Virus record (IMG/VR): IMGVR_UViG_3300032286_001377
Span: 1-64,000 of that record
Source of the DNA: a virus
Direction: 5' to 3' (one strand)
Length of the DNA: 64,000 bases
Of the stretch, positions 45,837-56,176 are shown in pieces. Below the pieces are notes generated by a model. It had not been told where the DNA came from. It searched no databases and saw only the letters and a list, made by a program, of their open reading frames with translations. Numbering within the stretch: the first letter of the stretch is position 1; each line of letters opens with the position of its first letter. Both the position numbers and the translations under genes were made by a program.

Positions 45837-48037
45837 CTCTTTTTTACCTTTGCTATCAATTTATAAGAATAAACTACAGGAGTAATATTATAATTTCTAT
45901 CTTTAAACATTTGTATCTTAACTTTTACCGAGTTTATTTCAGTTGGAACTTCTGGATAATTGATATACGCAACACCTGGTATTTGATAGTTTATCGGGAT
46001 ATTTTTATTAAAAACCAAAACTTCAGCTATACCATTAGCTGATAGCTGAACAGGAGAAATTTGAATCCAGCTAGAATCATTAACTGATATAAAATAATTT
46101 AAAATTACTTTATCACTATATGAATTATCTACATTAGTTTCAGAAGAAATCATCAAAGATTCAATAGGAGTATCAAAATTATAAGAAGTAGAAACAACTT
46201 CTGCAGCATCTGCGTATGTTTCGTATGTAAAAGAAATATCTCTAATACCAATAGATTTCCTTTTTGCTTTATATAGCTCCTTTTCTAATGTGATTGGAAC
46301 AGAATAGCCAAGCACTTGAGTGACAGCAGTGTAAGTTACAGGCTCTATAACAATATCGCTAAATCTATATGTATTATACCCTGTAGTTGCCGTTCCATTA
46401 GGAAGACTGGCAAGATAGCTATTTACTGAAGCTAAATCATCAACAAGTTCTGCGGAACTAGGCGCATACTTTGCCGAACCAGCTAACTGAACATCGCCTG
46501 CAGATGGCTCAAACAAAGAGGCTGTATCAGGAACCCAAACAAATGATCTATTACTTCCACTTCCAATAAAATTATAAAAGTAAACTTTTGTTGAATTAGG
46601 CGAACCATTAACATAAGTTTTCATACTGATAGCATAAGCATCATATCTGACTGGCTTTTTCTTTAATCTAACTCTAACAACTTTAGAAATTCTATCTTTA
46701 TCTTTAAACTCATTAGGATTAGTTATCTGCGGAACAAGCGAATATTTATCATACTCAATTAACTCATAAACATCCGAACTAAACGCGCTCGGATTAAATC
46801 TAGATAAACCATAAAATGGAGAATCAATGCCTTGATTTGTTTGATAATTAGGCTTCCAATACGCATGAAGAATATCTACATCTTGATAAGCGTCTTGCTC
46901 AATGCTGACTTCAAACTTCAAAACTCTTAATTCAGAAAATCTAATTGTTGCTTTATTATAAAAATAATTATTTGCTATTTGCAAATTAAGCGGAGAAAAA
47001 GAAGAACCGACATATATCGTACCATTAAGAACTTCAGTAACATCACCATTTTGAAGAGTAGCTTTAACTGAAGTAACCTTGATTAAGCCCGTTGATCCAA
47101 AATAAGGTAAAATTGTAAAAGTATTAGCTAAGGTTGGTGCACCACATTCAAAGATCAAACTAAGCTTAACAGGATTAGACATATCAAAAGAGGACCAATC
47201 AATAAGTTCTCCTTCCGTTTTTCCAGCTACAACTTTTCTATTAGAAAGATAACCAAACTCATCATTTGATATGACAGCGCTATTAACAGCAGCGTTGCTT
47301 GACCTGTCAACATTAATTGCATCATACTCGAAATAAGTTAAAGGATTCTCATCACCTATTCCAGAAAGAGAAGCCAAAGTTCTGTTTGATTTATATATAT
47401 ATTCATAAACTTCTGTCTGATCTGAATTGACAGACTTAACTACCTGATGATTATTTCCAAGAAACCCATTAGATACAGACTGATTAATCTTTATAGACCT
47501 AGGAGACCAAGGTCTAATTCTTGATATCGGTAGTGTAAAAGATCCATTCTCAATATTGGGATTCATCCCAACAGGAATCAAACTTACATTTACTTGATCC
47601 TGATTATCAAAAGAATCACCCAAATAAACCAGATCATCAGCTGGTGCTTGAGAATACATTTGCAAAATTTTAGCTTTAGAAGAAATTCTTTCTAAATAAT
47701 TTTTCTCAGCTTCTATTTCTTGTACAAAAAGATTATACGCATTAACAGTCTTAGCATTCAAATAGTCTAACTGCTTAGATACAAGCGCAAAATCATTTCC
47801 AACAGATGCAGAAAAGGAATTATATTTACTAGATGTAGGAGGCTCTCCCTTTATATAAGGGACAAATTGAGTAACAGGACCTCCTACTGTCTCATATATA
47901 TCTGAGACAAGTTTTTTATATTCTTCAATTTTTTGTTGATTAGTTGCAAATTGATTTCTAACTTCTTTTGAAAAATAGTCTCTTACCTTTAAGTAAACTT
48001 GATCATAGGTTAAAGTATTGGAAGATATTTGAGTCAT
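45833..48037 (-). CDS. Tail/baseplate structural protein
   Basis: Same layout as neighbours (helical N-terminus, DSFDN, IGIRDI, C-terminal TPVVYSYKL). Confidence 0.6.
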   Translation of the reverse strand: MTQISSNTLTYDQVYLKVRDYFSKEVRNQFATNQQKIEEYKKLVSDIYETVGGPVTQFVPYIKGEPPTSSKYNSFSASVGNDFALVSKQLDYLNAKTVNAYNLFVQEIEAEKNYLERISSKAKILQMYSQAPADDLVYLGDSFDNQDQVNVSLIPVGMNPNIENGSFTLPISRIRPWSPRSIKINQSVSNGFLGNNHQVVKSVNSDQTEVYEYIYKSNRTLASLSGIGDENPLTYFEYDAINVDRSSNAAVNSAVISNDEFGYLSNRKVVAGKTEGELIDWSSFDMSNPVKLSLIFECGAPTLANTFTILPYFGSTGLIKVTSVKATLQNGDVTEVLNGTIYVGSSFSPLNLQIANNYFYNKATIRFSELRVLKFEVSIEQDAYQDVDILHAYWKPNYQTNQGIDSPFYGLSRFNPSAFSSDVYELIEYDKYSLVPQITNPNEFKDKDRISKVVRVRLKKKPVRYDAYAISMKTYVNGSPNSTKVYFYNFIGSGSNRSFVWVPDTASLFEPSAGDVQLAGSAKYAPSSAELVDDLASVNSYLASLPNGTATTGYNTYRFSDIVIEPVTYTAVTQVLGYSVPITLEKELYKAKRKSIGIRDISFTYETYADAAEVVSTSYNFDTPIESLMISSETNVDNSYSDKVILNYFISVNDSSWIQISPVQLSANGIAEVLVFNKNIPINYQIPGVAYINYPEVPTEINSVKVKIQMFKDRNYNITPVVYSYKLIAKVKKR

Positions 48038-48053
48038 TGAATTCCTATCCTAA

Positions 48054-50666
48054 TCAAACTTTTGAAATATAATTAAGTTTATCATAATATGGATCAAAGT
48101 AAGTTGTTTTCATTTTTAACAAAACTGAATCAGCTCTACCAGGTATGTCTAAATTAAGTATATTTTTTCTCATAATAAATCTAAATCTTAAACTATATGG
48201 AACATACTCATAATATACTGTAAAAGATGAATTTAAAGCTTTGTTAAAAGTAATGTTTTTTCCATTTTGAAAGAATTGAACCACATTAGAAGAAGTAGAA
48301 AATCCTGTATCTTGAGCAGAATTTGTATAATTTGTTAAATTTGTAGCAAAACTTCCATCAGACAATTTGATTTTAATTGGGCTATATCCAGATGCGTTAT
48401 CCGATTGGAATATAGTACCAAAATATTTATCGTATCTAGAGTTCTCTGCAAACGTTTTATTAATATACGGTGTAAAATCTAACGCAATCGTAGCATCAGA
48501 ATTTGTTCTACTAAAAATTTGTCCTAGTCCATTATTATTTCTATATTGCTTAATTGATTCATTGTAAAGATTTCTTTTAACAAAATCTAATTCATAAGGA
48601 TTATATATTGACGAATCAATTTCATAATAAACGCAAAATATGCTGTTCCCAGAATAAACTGACTCTTCGGTGAGTTTTAATTTTCCATTTGAAACACTAT
48701 AAGAATATTTAGATGGATTAACAATCATTCCATCTTTATACAACAATATAGAATCAGGCCTTGGAGGAAATCTTAATGCTGAAGTAAGATCTGTTATATC
48801 AAAAAAAATAATTTCTGAATCTATTATTGTCTGATTATTAAAAGCTAAAGGAATCCAATCTGACTCTAAGCTAGGAAAATCACTATTGGAAACTGATAAT
48901 TCATATGATGTTAAATTTTTTAAATCATAATTAGTATCAGTAGATAGATTGGAATTTGCTAATTCAACTTTTGCCTTAACACCTAAGATCTGTCCATCTG
49001 TAGGAATTTTTTTACTTATAAAACAAGCCTTATATGTATTAGATGCATTAGTATTAATAAAATCAATAGACTTCAACGAGAAAGAATATTCATAAGAATC
49101 AGATGGTTCATTGACCAACAAGTTCTTAATAGCATTAACAACTGTACCACTTCCGATATTGCCACTATAAAACTGGTGACGTGGATCATCAATTGAAGTA
49201 GTCTCTCTGTTAGCCAAAAACCCTGGATGATCCATAAAGATTGAACGCATACTAGTTGAATTAGAATTAATAAAAAAGTTAGAATTAAATATTCTAGTAT
49301 CTGCACCAACTGCAGACATCATATTTTTAATAAGATCTATAAAAATAGGAGAATTTATAAAAAGTGGATTATCTTCTTTTGAAAAAGAGGAAGATTTAAA
49401 TAACTCATTTTTAACTTTTGTAGCATAGGCGTGAAGTTCCTGAGGAAACCTGTATGAATAATATTCTATATCTTTTGTTTTATTCTGCTTGATTCCATCA
49501 ATAGAAAAGTTTCTATTAAAATACCAATATGACATATCTTGTATCTTACTAAAAGATTCTCTTCTTTCTTTCAATCTCTGCCCAACAAAAGAGTTTAAAA
49601 CCTTAGAATTTAATTCTGATACTACAGCATCTTTCTTAGCACGCGAGTAAGTTGATTGATTAAATATAAAAATAATCTTATTAACAACACTTTTCTCAAA
49701 ACTGAACTCAATAGAACTAGATAAAACTTTACTAGAATTTAAAAGAAGCTTATAAGATGCTGAAGAATTAGCTCCAGCTGCGTAATTCGTTACTGGATTA
49801 AAAACAACTACCTGCAAAAGCTGAAAATCATTACCAAGATTAGGATTAAATTTTATTGTATCCATCTCAATAGATGAGTTAAATTCAACTTCAACTGCTG
49901 TCTGCGCTCCTTTGATTGACGAAACATCGTAATTAAAATATTCAGAATACTTACTCAATAAGGCATCAAGGACTATAGGACTCTTTACTGTCACGCTCCA
50001 AGAATCGAACAGGTTGTCATTAAAAAGATTTTTAAAATCACTATCATTTGTTATGTATGATGAATAATTATTTTCAATTTTAATTGATTTAATTGCCCTA
50101 ATAACATTAATGTCAGACTGTGCCGATCCTATCTTAAGTGTTCCGCTCTTAGAGTCAATGAAGGCTCCGCCGTTAGCTGGAAAGTTAACACTATCTCTAT
50201 CTACTAAAGGTAGATCATATCCATCATATTTGTAATCACTAGAATTATTATCAAATTTCTCTAAATAGTTTGCATTATATAAATCATCTTTGCCTGATAT
50301 AAATTCATAATTATCAATAAATAATTGAAGATTTTGAATATCATTTTCAACTTTTTCAATCTCTGAACCCAATATAGATACCATTGAATCTAAAACTATA
50401 CTATTGGCATTTGCAGCATTATATAGCTGTTTCATCCTTGCAGAAGAATCTCGAAAAAGATCAACAATCGCTTCCTTACGAAGAGGTCCATCTGCAATAA
50501 CTTGAGAAGTAGAAAAATCATTGAATCTAGAACTACCAGCTAACTTTGACATTAAAGAAGTAAAGTCAGCTTTATCTACTTTCATCTCATTGATAAGTTG
50601 TGAAACTTTTACTCTACTTGATCCGAAAAATGTGTTAATTGAATTGTTCAATGTGGTGTTCAGCAT
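48054..50666 (-). CDS. Tail/baseplate structural protein
   Basis: Same layout (EKFDN, YSFSLKSI, ISKKI); likely start MLNTTL at 50666. Confidence 0.6.
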   Translation of the reverse strand: MLNTTLNNSINTFFGSSRVKVSQLINEMKVDKADFTSLMSKLAGSSRFNDFSTSQVIADGPLRKEAIVDLFRDSSARMKQLYNAANANSIVLDSMVSILGSEIEKVENDIQNLQLFIDNYEFISGKDDLYNANYLEKFDNNSSDYKYDGYDLPLVDRDSVNFPANGGAFIDSKSGTLKIGSAQSDINVIRAIKSIKIENNYSSYITNDSDFKNLFNDNLFDSWSVTVKSPIVLDALLSKYSEYFNYDVSSIKGAQTAVEVEFNSSIEMDTIKFNPNLGNDFQLLQVVVFNPVTNYAAGANSSASYKLLLNSSKVLSSSIEFSFEKSVVNKIIFIFNQSTYSRAKKDAVVSELNSKVLNSFVGQRLKERRESFSKIQDMSYWYFNRNFSIDGIKQNKTKDIEYYSYRFPQELHAYATKVKNELFKSSSFSKEDNPLFINSPIFIDLIKNMMSAVGADTRIFNSNFFINSNSTSMRSIFMDHPGFLANRETTSIDDPRHQFYSGNIGSGTVVNAIKNLLVNEPSDSYEYSFSLKSIDFINTNASNTYKACFISKKIPTDGQILGVKAKVELANSNLSTDTNYDLKNLTSYELSVSNSDFPSLESDWIPLAFNNQTIIDSEIIFFDITDLTSALRFPPRPDSILLYKDGMIVNPSKYSYSVSNGKLKLTEESVYSGNSIFCVYYEIDSSIYNPYELDFVKRNLYNESIKQYRNNNGLGQIFSRTNSDATIALDFTPYINKTFAENSRYDKYFGTIFQSDNASGYSPIKIKLSDGSFATNLTNYTNSAQDTGFSTSSNVVQFFQNGKNITFNKALNSSFTVYYEYVPYSLRFRFIMRKNILNLDIPGRADSVLLKMKTTYFDPYYDKLNYISKV

Positions 50667-50667
50667 A

Positions 50668-53600
50668 TCAGTTCCAACTATTTCCATCCATATCTTGGAG
50701 TTCGTAAGCTATACCAGCAGTAAGGTTATTAGAAATTATTTGATAAATTTCTTTTTCATCCAAGAAATTATCTTTAACTTCTTTAGGAATCCTAATTATC
50801 ACATAGCCTCCCTTAGTATAAGCCTCACCAGATGGTGGATAAACATCCCAATGTGATAGTACCCCACTTATTGAGTCTTGCAACTCACTATTTGGACGGT
50901 CACCAGTAACCCCGCCTCCTCTTAACCTTACATCGGTTAAGTCTGGGACCTGCTTATACGGATTGCTTGTAACATATACAATAGCTATCGGTAACGCAAA
51001 AGGATCAAAAATAGAAGATCTACTATCAAAGATCCTTTCATCATAAGTAAAATTCAAAACAGATGTATAAATATAATCTGAAACACGAAGTTTATCAGAT
51101 GATACACTATAGTTATTTGATCCAGAATTAGAAGTATTATTTTTATAAATAACTTTCGGCATGAGGTAAACATACAGTGGCTGATCAAAATCTATAATAT
51201 CAGAATTCAATAAAGGATTAAGGGGGATAGGATTTCCATTTACCTGTTTAACTAAATTATATTTAGAAGCGCTAACATAAGAGACTTTAATTAAAGAAGA
51301 ACCAGAAGGAACAATAGGTGTTCTAAATTGAATAATTCCAGTTTCTGAATCAATATCTTTAATATTGTACTTACTTACCTCAACCCAAGGAGAAATGGAA
51401 GATTCTCTAGTATATACATTAATTTCCTGCCTAATGACACCAGCTGTGTTGTCAAAGTTATCAGTAGGATACCAAGCGTTCATTAGTGGAGTTCTTCTCA
51501 GGCGAATTGATCTTTCATCCAGAATAACTGGAGTCTCATCGCTCACATCATAAAATCCATTACCATAAATATTGGACCAAGAAGACCTTAGATCTGATTC
51601 AGTTGTATACAATGCTGTCAAATCTTGACCCATATATTCTTTCTTCCAATCAAACCAGCTACGCTTATTTGAAATATTAATAGTTTTCCAGAAGCTGCCA
51701 CTTGAAACCGGTAATTCCCATACATCAAACTTTGAAATATCTGGATCTAAATTACCAACTCTAATTGAAGTAGAGTTATTCATCTTTACAGAAAAAATTG
51801 GATATATAGCTTTAAGAGGTAAATTAACTGGCTTAAAAAGCGTAGAAGTTTTAGGGCCTATAAAATCATTACTGTTTTTAGTGTTTCCATCAGCATCGAT
51901 AGCACACACGGAAATAAATATATTGCTAGGACCACGATCTATATATTCTAGATATAACATTGTTTTACCTAAAATCTCTTTTTTAGAAACATCGTAAAAT
52001 CCGTATATTAAACCTTCTTTTTCCAATTTATTAGATACACTTAAAGTTCCATACCTAGCATCAATTTCTGATCTAAATTTTATATTAATTGAATCTATAG
52101 AATTTAATATATCAGAAGAAGTTGGAAATCCAAAATGCGCACCACTAGAATCACATAAAAGAAGTATACCATCAGTAATATCAACTGTATTAGTATTACT
52201 TGGATATAGTCTATTAGCAAGATTCTTTAATCTAAATCCAGAACTAAGTTTGTTAACTTTAACATGCGCACCAGTTGTAGCATAATAAGAAACTGATGTA
52301 TTAGCACTAATAATGAGACCATTATTACTTAAAGAAATAGTTGAAGTAGACAAAGATTTGCCCGCATCATTCACCAATACAACTGATCCAGAAGTATATG
52401 TTAACTTTACTCTTTTATTTCTATTTGTGAAATCAAAAGATGAATCATATTTAAAAGATAACTCGTATGAACCATTACTATAGTCTGCCTTATCAAGAGA
52501 TATAGGAGAACTTAAAGTTGGACGCAAAACCTGTCCATTAGGAAATGGAGACCCTCTATCTATATTCCCCTGATAATCACAACCTATATATAGATCGGTA
52601 ATATATGAACTTGTTGATGGTAAGTTGCTAGTAGAATATTCTTTTGTAAATGGAGTAGAAACATTTATTCCTCTAAACGTATCCGTAACAGTCACCTTAG
52701 CTAAAGCCCATATATCATATGTGTCAACAACAGTAGTCGGAACATTAGATCCTGGAGTAGTAACAGTTTCCAATAGTTCACCATCAACTTGAATAGATGC
52801 AATAGAAAAACCTTCGGCATAACCGTAACCAGGTAAGCCTTTACCTCTAATCTCTATCCACATATAGCGAGCTTTGTCGGCATTTATTCCATTTAGAGAA
52901 AGCTCCACCTGACCATTAACAGCCTCTCTGTTTGGTGCAAAGTTAGTTGTTTTAAAAATATCTTGATAATTTAAATCAGAATATCCATATTGATTAATAG
53001 AAAAGTCTTTCCAAGCGACAGCACTACTTGCTTTGATGATTATTTTATGAACTTTTTTAATCTTAGAAGGAACTTTAAAGAAAATAAAATCTTCAGCTTG
53101 ATTAGGGCCGTTAAATCCAGAAAAACTTATTTTCTTATAAGTCTTAGTTCCTATCTCCGACACTAATCCAATAGTATCAGTTGCATTAATGTACTTAACT
53201 ACACTTGCAGTGCTTGGATTTCCGGCAGCCCATGCTTTAAGATCATTATATCTACTAAGATTAGAAATCTTTAATTTTTTCCAAAAGAATGCCAAAAATG
53301 ATTTAGTTTCGCTATCGACTGTTCCATCCAAATATCTTTGATTACCACTTACCTGAAACTGTTTAACTGCAGCTGCAGTCTTCGCTCCATATAAGCCATC
53401 AATTTTCACACTAATACCCAACGCTGCAGCTACAGTATACTGAATATATTTAACATACTCGTGAGACATTCCAGACTTCCAAAGTCTTGCATCTTTGTGT
53501 ATATCAATATCTCCAGAATACAAATACGCATTAAAAGAGCTCTTAGAAGAGGTTGCTTTCAACTTCAAATCATCAATTGTTGAAATAAAATCTTCACAAT

Positions 53601-56175
53601 TAATTGTCGTTCTTACATAGTGAGTACTAGAAGTTGGAGGAGTCGTAACATAGGTGACCGTTTTCCTTTTAGCTGTACCCTTCACTACCATATCAAAGTT
53701 TAAGTTAACCTTCGCATCAAGGAATGGGCTTTCCTCACTACCTACAGAGTATGAATAACTGCTATATAAATCAAAAGGATATGATTTAAAAGAACTTAAA
53801 ATGTTTAATTTATCATTTAAAACTTTTGTATTAGAAGAACTTATCGTCTTATCAATAATAGCATACGGACCAATCCCATCAGGAATAGTTAAAGTAGGTG
53901 ACTCCTTCGTTGTATATGCGAATGGTTTAATGTTATTATCATCAATTTTGAAAAGATAATAAGAACTAGCAATATTATCATTCTCACTAGAAAAATTAGA
54001 AGTGTCAATTTTAGTAGCATTAGATATCTCTACATCTGGATTAGTGACTTCAATAAAAAATTCTACCTTAGAAGTATTGAACCCAAAAACTTTATCTTTA
54101 TGATGCTCTGGAAGTACAGACGACAATCCATTTTTATAAAAAGAATCTAAAGAATTAACAGATATCAAGTCTATACCAAGTTGATCCATATTAGGAATAT
54201 CTTTAAAATATTTAGATTTTTCATCTGCAAGAAGTACATCTTGACTCATAACCCAAGATGAATTCCAATCAGAAACATAATTAAAAAGAGAACTTTTAAT
54301 ATCTTTAACTCTACTCGCACTTATTCTACAGTAAGCTGCATAAGAAGCTATATTATACAATAGCTTAAATGGACCTTCAACTATGCCTGGATAAATGTTT
54401 GCTCCAAAAGTAATACTAGAATCAGTAGACCCAACATTCTCGTCAACAACAATATCAGTTCCATCTATATTGTATATATCATTACAATAAGATAAAAGAG
54501 GAAAAGTTATAGCAATTATATTGCCCTTTACAAGCTCAGAGGCATTAGGTGACATAACAGGAATTATCAATCCAAGACTGGATGTCGAACTAGAACTAGT
54601 TCCACCTTTTATAAAAGAGTTACCGGCAGGATATCCAGTAAATTTCATATAACTTTTATATGTATTTGAACTAATAAATTTATTAGATCCAAAAATTCCA
54701 TAATAATCTTTTTCAAATAAATCAGGATCCGATCTAAGATCCCATCCACCATTTTTATTCGGATCAATTAAAACACTTGAGTCATTAATTTCCGTATAAG
54801 AACAGCGAGTAAGTGTTTTATTCAAATTTATATTAACACCGAGCAGCCCGGGATCAGCCCCATTCGATAGATCTAATAGTATTGTGCCATTATTTTTAGT
54901 GAATTCATGAATCTTTCTAGCTTGGGCAGATGTTATATTTGAAATAGGTGACCAAACAACAAAATCAAATTCATTTAAATTTAAATCATCAGAGTCTATA
55001 TCCAATTTCCAATAGCTTGCTTTTTTCTTATCCGGATTGGGACCAGATTCATTGATTGGATTTATAAATCTATATTGTGTTAAATTAAATGGAGAATTAT
55101 TTAATCTGTTAAAAACATATGGATTACAAGTAACATTCGTTTCGCCTGATTTTGAACTATATAAAACAGCAACCTTGAAAGTTTTGGCAATTATATTATG
55201 AATAGAATCGTATTCTGAACTATTATTTATTTCATTTAAATTAATAGAATTCTTAGTTCTAGCAATAAGTCTCCAGTTAAAAACCTCAAAATTTCGATTA
55301 TCATCTAAACCTTTTGCTGGAGTAACTATTTGATACCCATTTTCTACTCTTTGACCAGAGATTAAATCAGAATATTTTTGATTAATTTTTTTAACAGCAA
55401 ACTTGTTATCATTTCTATAATTAGGATCTATAACAAAAGCTTCTTCTGGAACATCCTGAAATAATTGAACAGAATTAATTGACTCCTGATAATTTATTTG
55501 CATATTAAAAGAGTTACCCCTAGCATCGCATTCAACCTTATCGTAGATAAGTTTTAATCCACTAGGAGCAGTGCCATCTAAAAGAACAATTATCCTACAT
55601 GGGAGTTCAGGTCTATTATAATTGATGCTAGTTTTAAATGGTTCTAAAAGTATTCTATATTTCCTTCTACCAGTATTAGAATCAACATAGTCGTTACCAT
55701 TTCTATCTACAACTTTTATCTTAATATTATTAAACTTTTCAGGAGTTTCATATTGCTTTAAAGAAGTAAAGGTAAACGCATAGGATACTACGGTGAAAAA
55801 TCTACTTATATAATAATTATGAACAAAATCGTTTGGATTTACAGAACCAATATCTACTGCTCCAGTTGTAGTTGCTTTACTCATAAAAATATTTGAAATA
55901 CTAACATTATCACTATTAAAAGTATAGCTACCATCAAGCGTTCTAAGAAATCCAAGCTCGTCCGCATAAGCCAAAAATGCTTCATTGTCAGACTGAACAA
56001 ATGTACTTCTATTTTCTAAAATAGTTTCTGATAAATCAACCATAACAACATTATTGGATGGAGAAATTTCTTTAGTAGAAAACCAAGATAAACCGATAGA
56101 TCCACTTGGTACCGTATTACCAATTTTAAAAGCTTTTTCTTTTAAACCTGATGTTATGTTTACAAATTTTTCCAT
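50668..56175 (-). CDS. Large baseplate/tail protein with internal peptidoglycan-binding domain
   Basis: VKYIQ...IDGLYGAKTAAAVKQFQ...DGTVDSET (PG_binding_1-like); C-terminal DVRLRGGG...GYVIIRIP. Confidence 0.65.
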   Translation of the reverse strand: MEKFVNITSGLKEKAFKIGNTVPSGSIGLSWFSTKEISPSNNVVMVDLSETILENRSTFVQSDNEAFLAYADELGFLRTLDGSYTFNSDNVSISNIFMSKATTTGAVDIGSVNPNDFVHNYYISRFFTVVSYAFTFTSLKQYETPEKFNNIKIKVVDRNGNDYVDSNTGRRKYRILLEPFKTSINYNRPELPCRIIVLLDGTAPSGLKLIYDKVECDARGNSFNMQINYQESINSVQLFQDVPEEAFVIDPNYRNDNKFAVKKINQKYSDLISGQRVENGYQIVTPAKGLDDNRNFEVFNWRLIARTKNSINLNEINNSSEYDSIHNIIAKTFKVAVLYSSKSGETNVTCNPYVFNRLNNSPFNLTQYRFINPINESGPNPDKKKASYWKLDIDSDDLNLNEFDFVVWSPISNITSAQARKIHEFTKNNGTILLDLSNGADPGLLGVNINLNKTLTRCSYTEINDSSVLIDPNKNGGWDLRSDPDLFEKDYYGIFGSNKFISSNTYKSYMKFTGYPAGNSFIKGGTSSSSTSSLGLIIPVMSPNASELVKGNIIAITFPLLSYCNDIYNIDGTDIVVDENVGSTDSSITFGANIYPGIVEGPFKLLYNIASYAAYCRISASRVKDIKSSLFNYVSDWNSSWVMSQDVLLADEKSKYFKDIPNMDQLGIDLISVNSLDSFYKNGLSSVLPEHHKDKVFGFNTSKVEFFIEVTNPDVEISNATKIDTSNFSSENDNIASSYYLFKIDDNNIKPFAYTTKESPTLTIPDGIGPYAIIDKTISSSNTKVLNDKLNILSSFKSYPFDLYSSYSYSVGSEESPFLDAKVNLNFDMVVKGTAKRKTVTYVTTPPTSSTHYVRTTINCEDFISTIDDLKLKATSSKSSFNAYLYSGDIDIHKDARLWKSGMSHEYVKYIQYTVAAALGISVKIDGLYGAKTAAAVKQFQVSGNQRYLDGTVDSETKSFLAFFWKKLKISNLSRYNDLKAWAAGNPSTASVVKYINATDTIGLVSEIGTKTYKKISFSGFNGPNQAEDFIFFKVPSKIKKVHKIIIKASSAVAWKDFSINQYGYSDLNYQDIFKTTNFAPNREAVNGQVELSLNGINADKARYMWIEIRGKGLPGYGYAEGFSIASIQVDGELLETVTTPGSNVPTTVVDTYDIWALAKVTVTDTFRGINVSTPFTKEYSTSNLPSTSSYITDLYIGCDYQGNIDRGSPFPNGQVLRPTLSSPISLDKADYSNGSYELSFKYDSSFDFTNRNKRVKLTYTSGSVVLVNDAGKSLSTSTISLSNNGLIISANTSVSYYATTGAHVKVNKLSSGFRLKNLANRLYPSNTNTVDITDGILLLCDSSGAHFGFPTSSDILNSIDSINIKFRSEIDARYGTLSVSNKLEKEGLIYGFYDVSKKEILGKTMLYLEYIDRGPSNIFISVCAIDADGNTKNSNDFIGPKTSTLFKPVNLPLKAIYPIFSVKMNNSTSIRVGNLDPDISKFDVWELPVSSGSFWKTINISNKRSWFDWKKEYMGQDLTALYTTESDLRSSWSNIYGNGFYDVSDETPVILDERSIRLRRTPLMNAWYPTDNFDNTAGVIRQEINVYTRESSISPWVEVSKYNIKDIDSETGIIQFRTPIVPSGSSLIKVSYVSASKYNLVKQVNGNPIPLNPLLNSDIIDFDQPLYVYLMPKVIYKNNTSNSGSNNYSVSSDKLRVSDYIYTSVLNFTYDERIFDSRSSIFDPFALPIAIVYVTSNPYKQVPDLTDVRLRGGGVTGDRPNSELQDSISGVLSHWDVYPPSGEAYTKGGYVIIRIPKEVKDNFLDEKEIYQIISNNLTAGIAYELQDMDGNSWN

Positions 56176-56176
56176 T

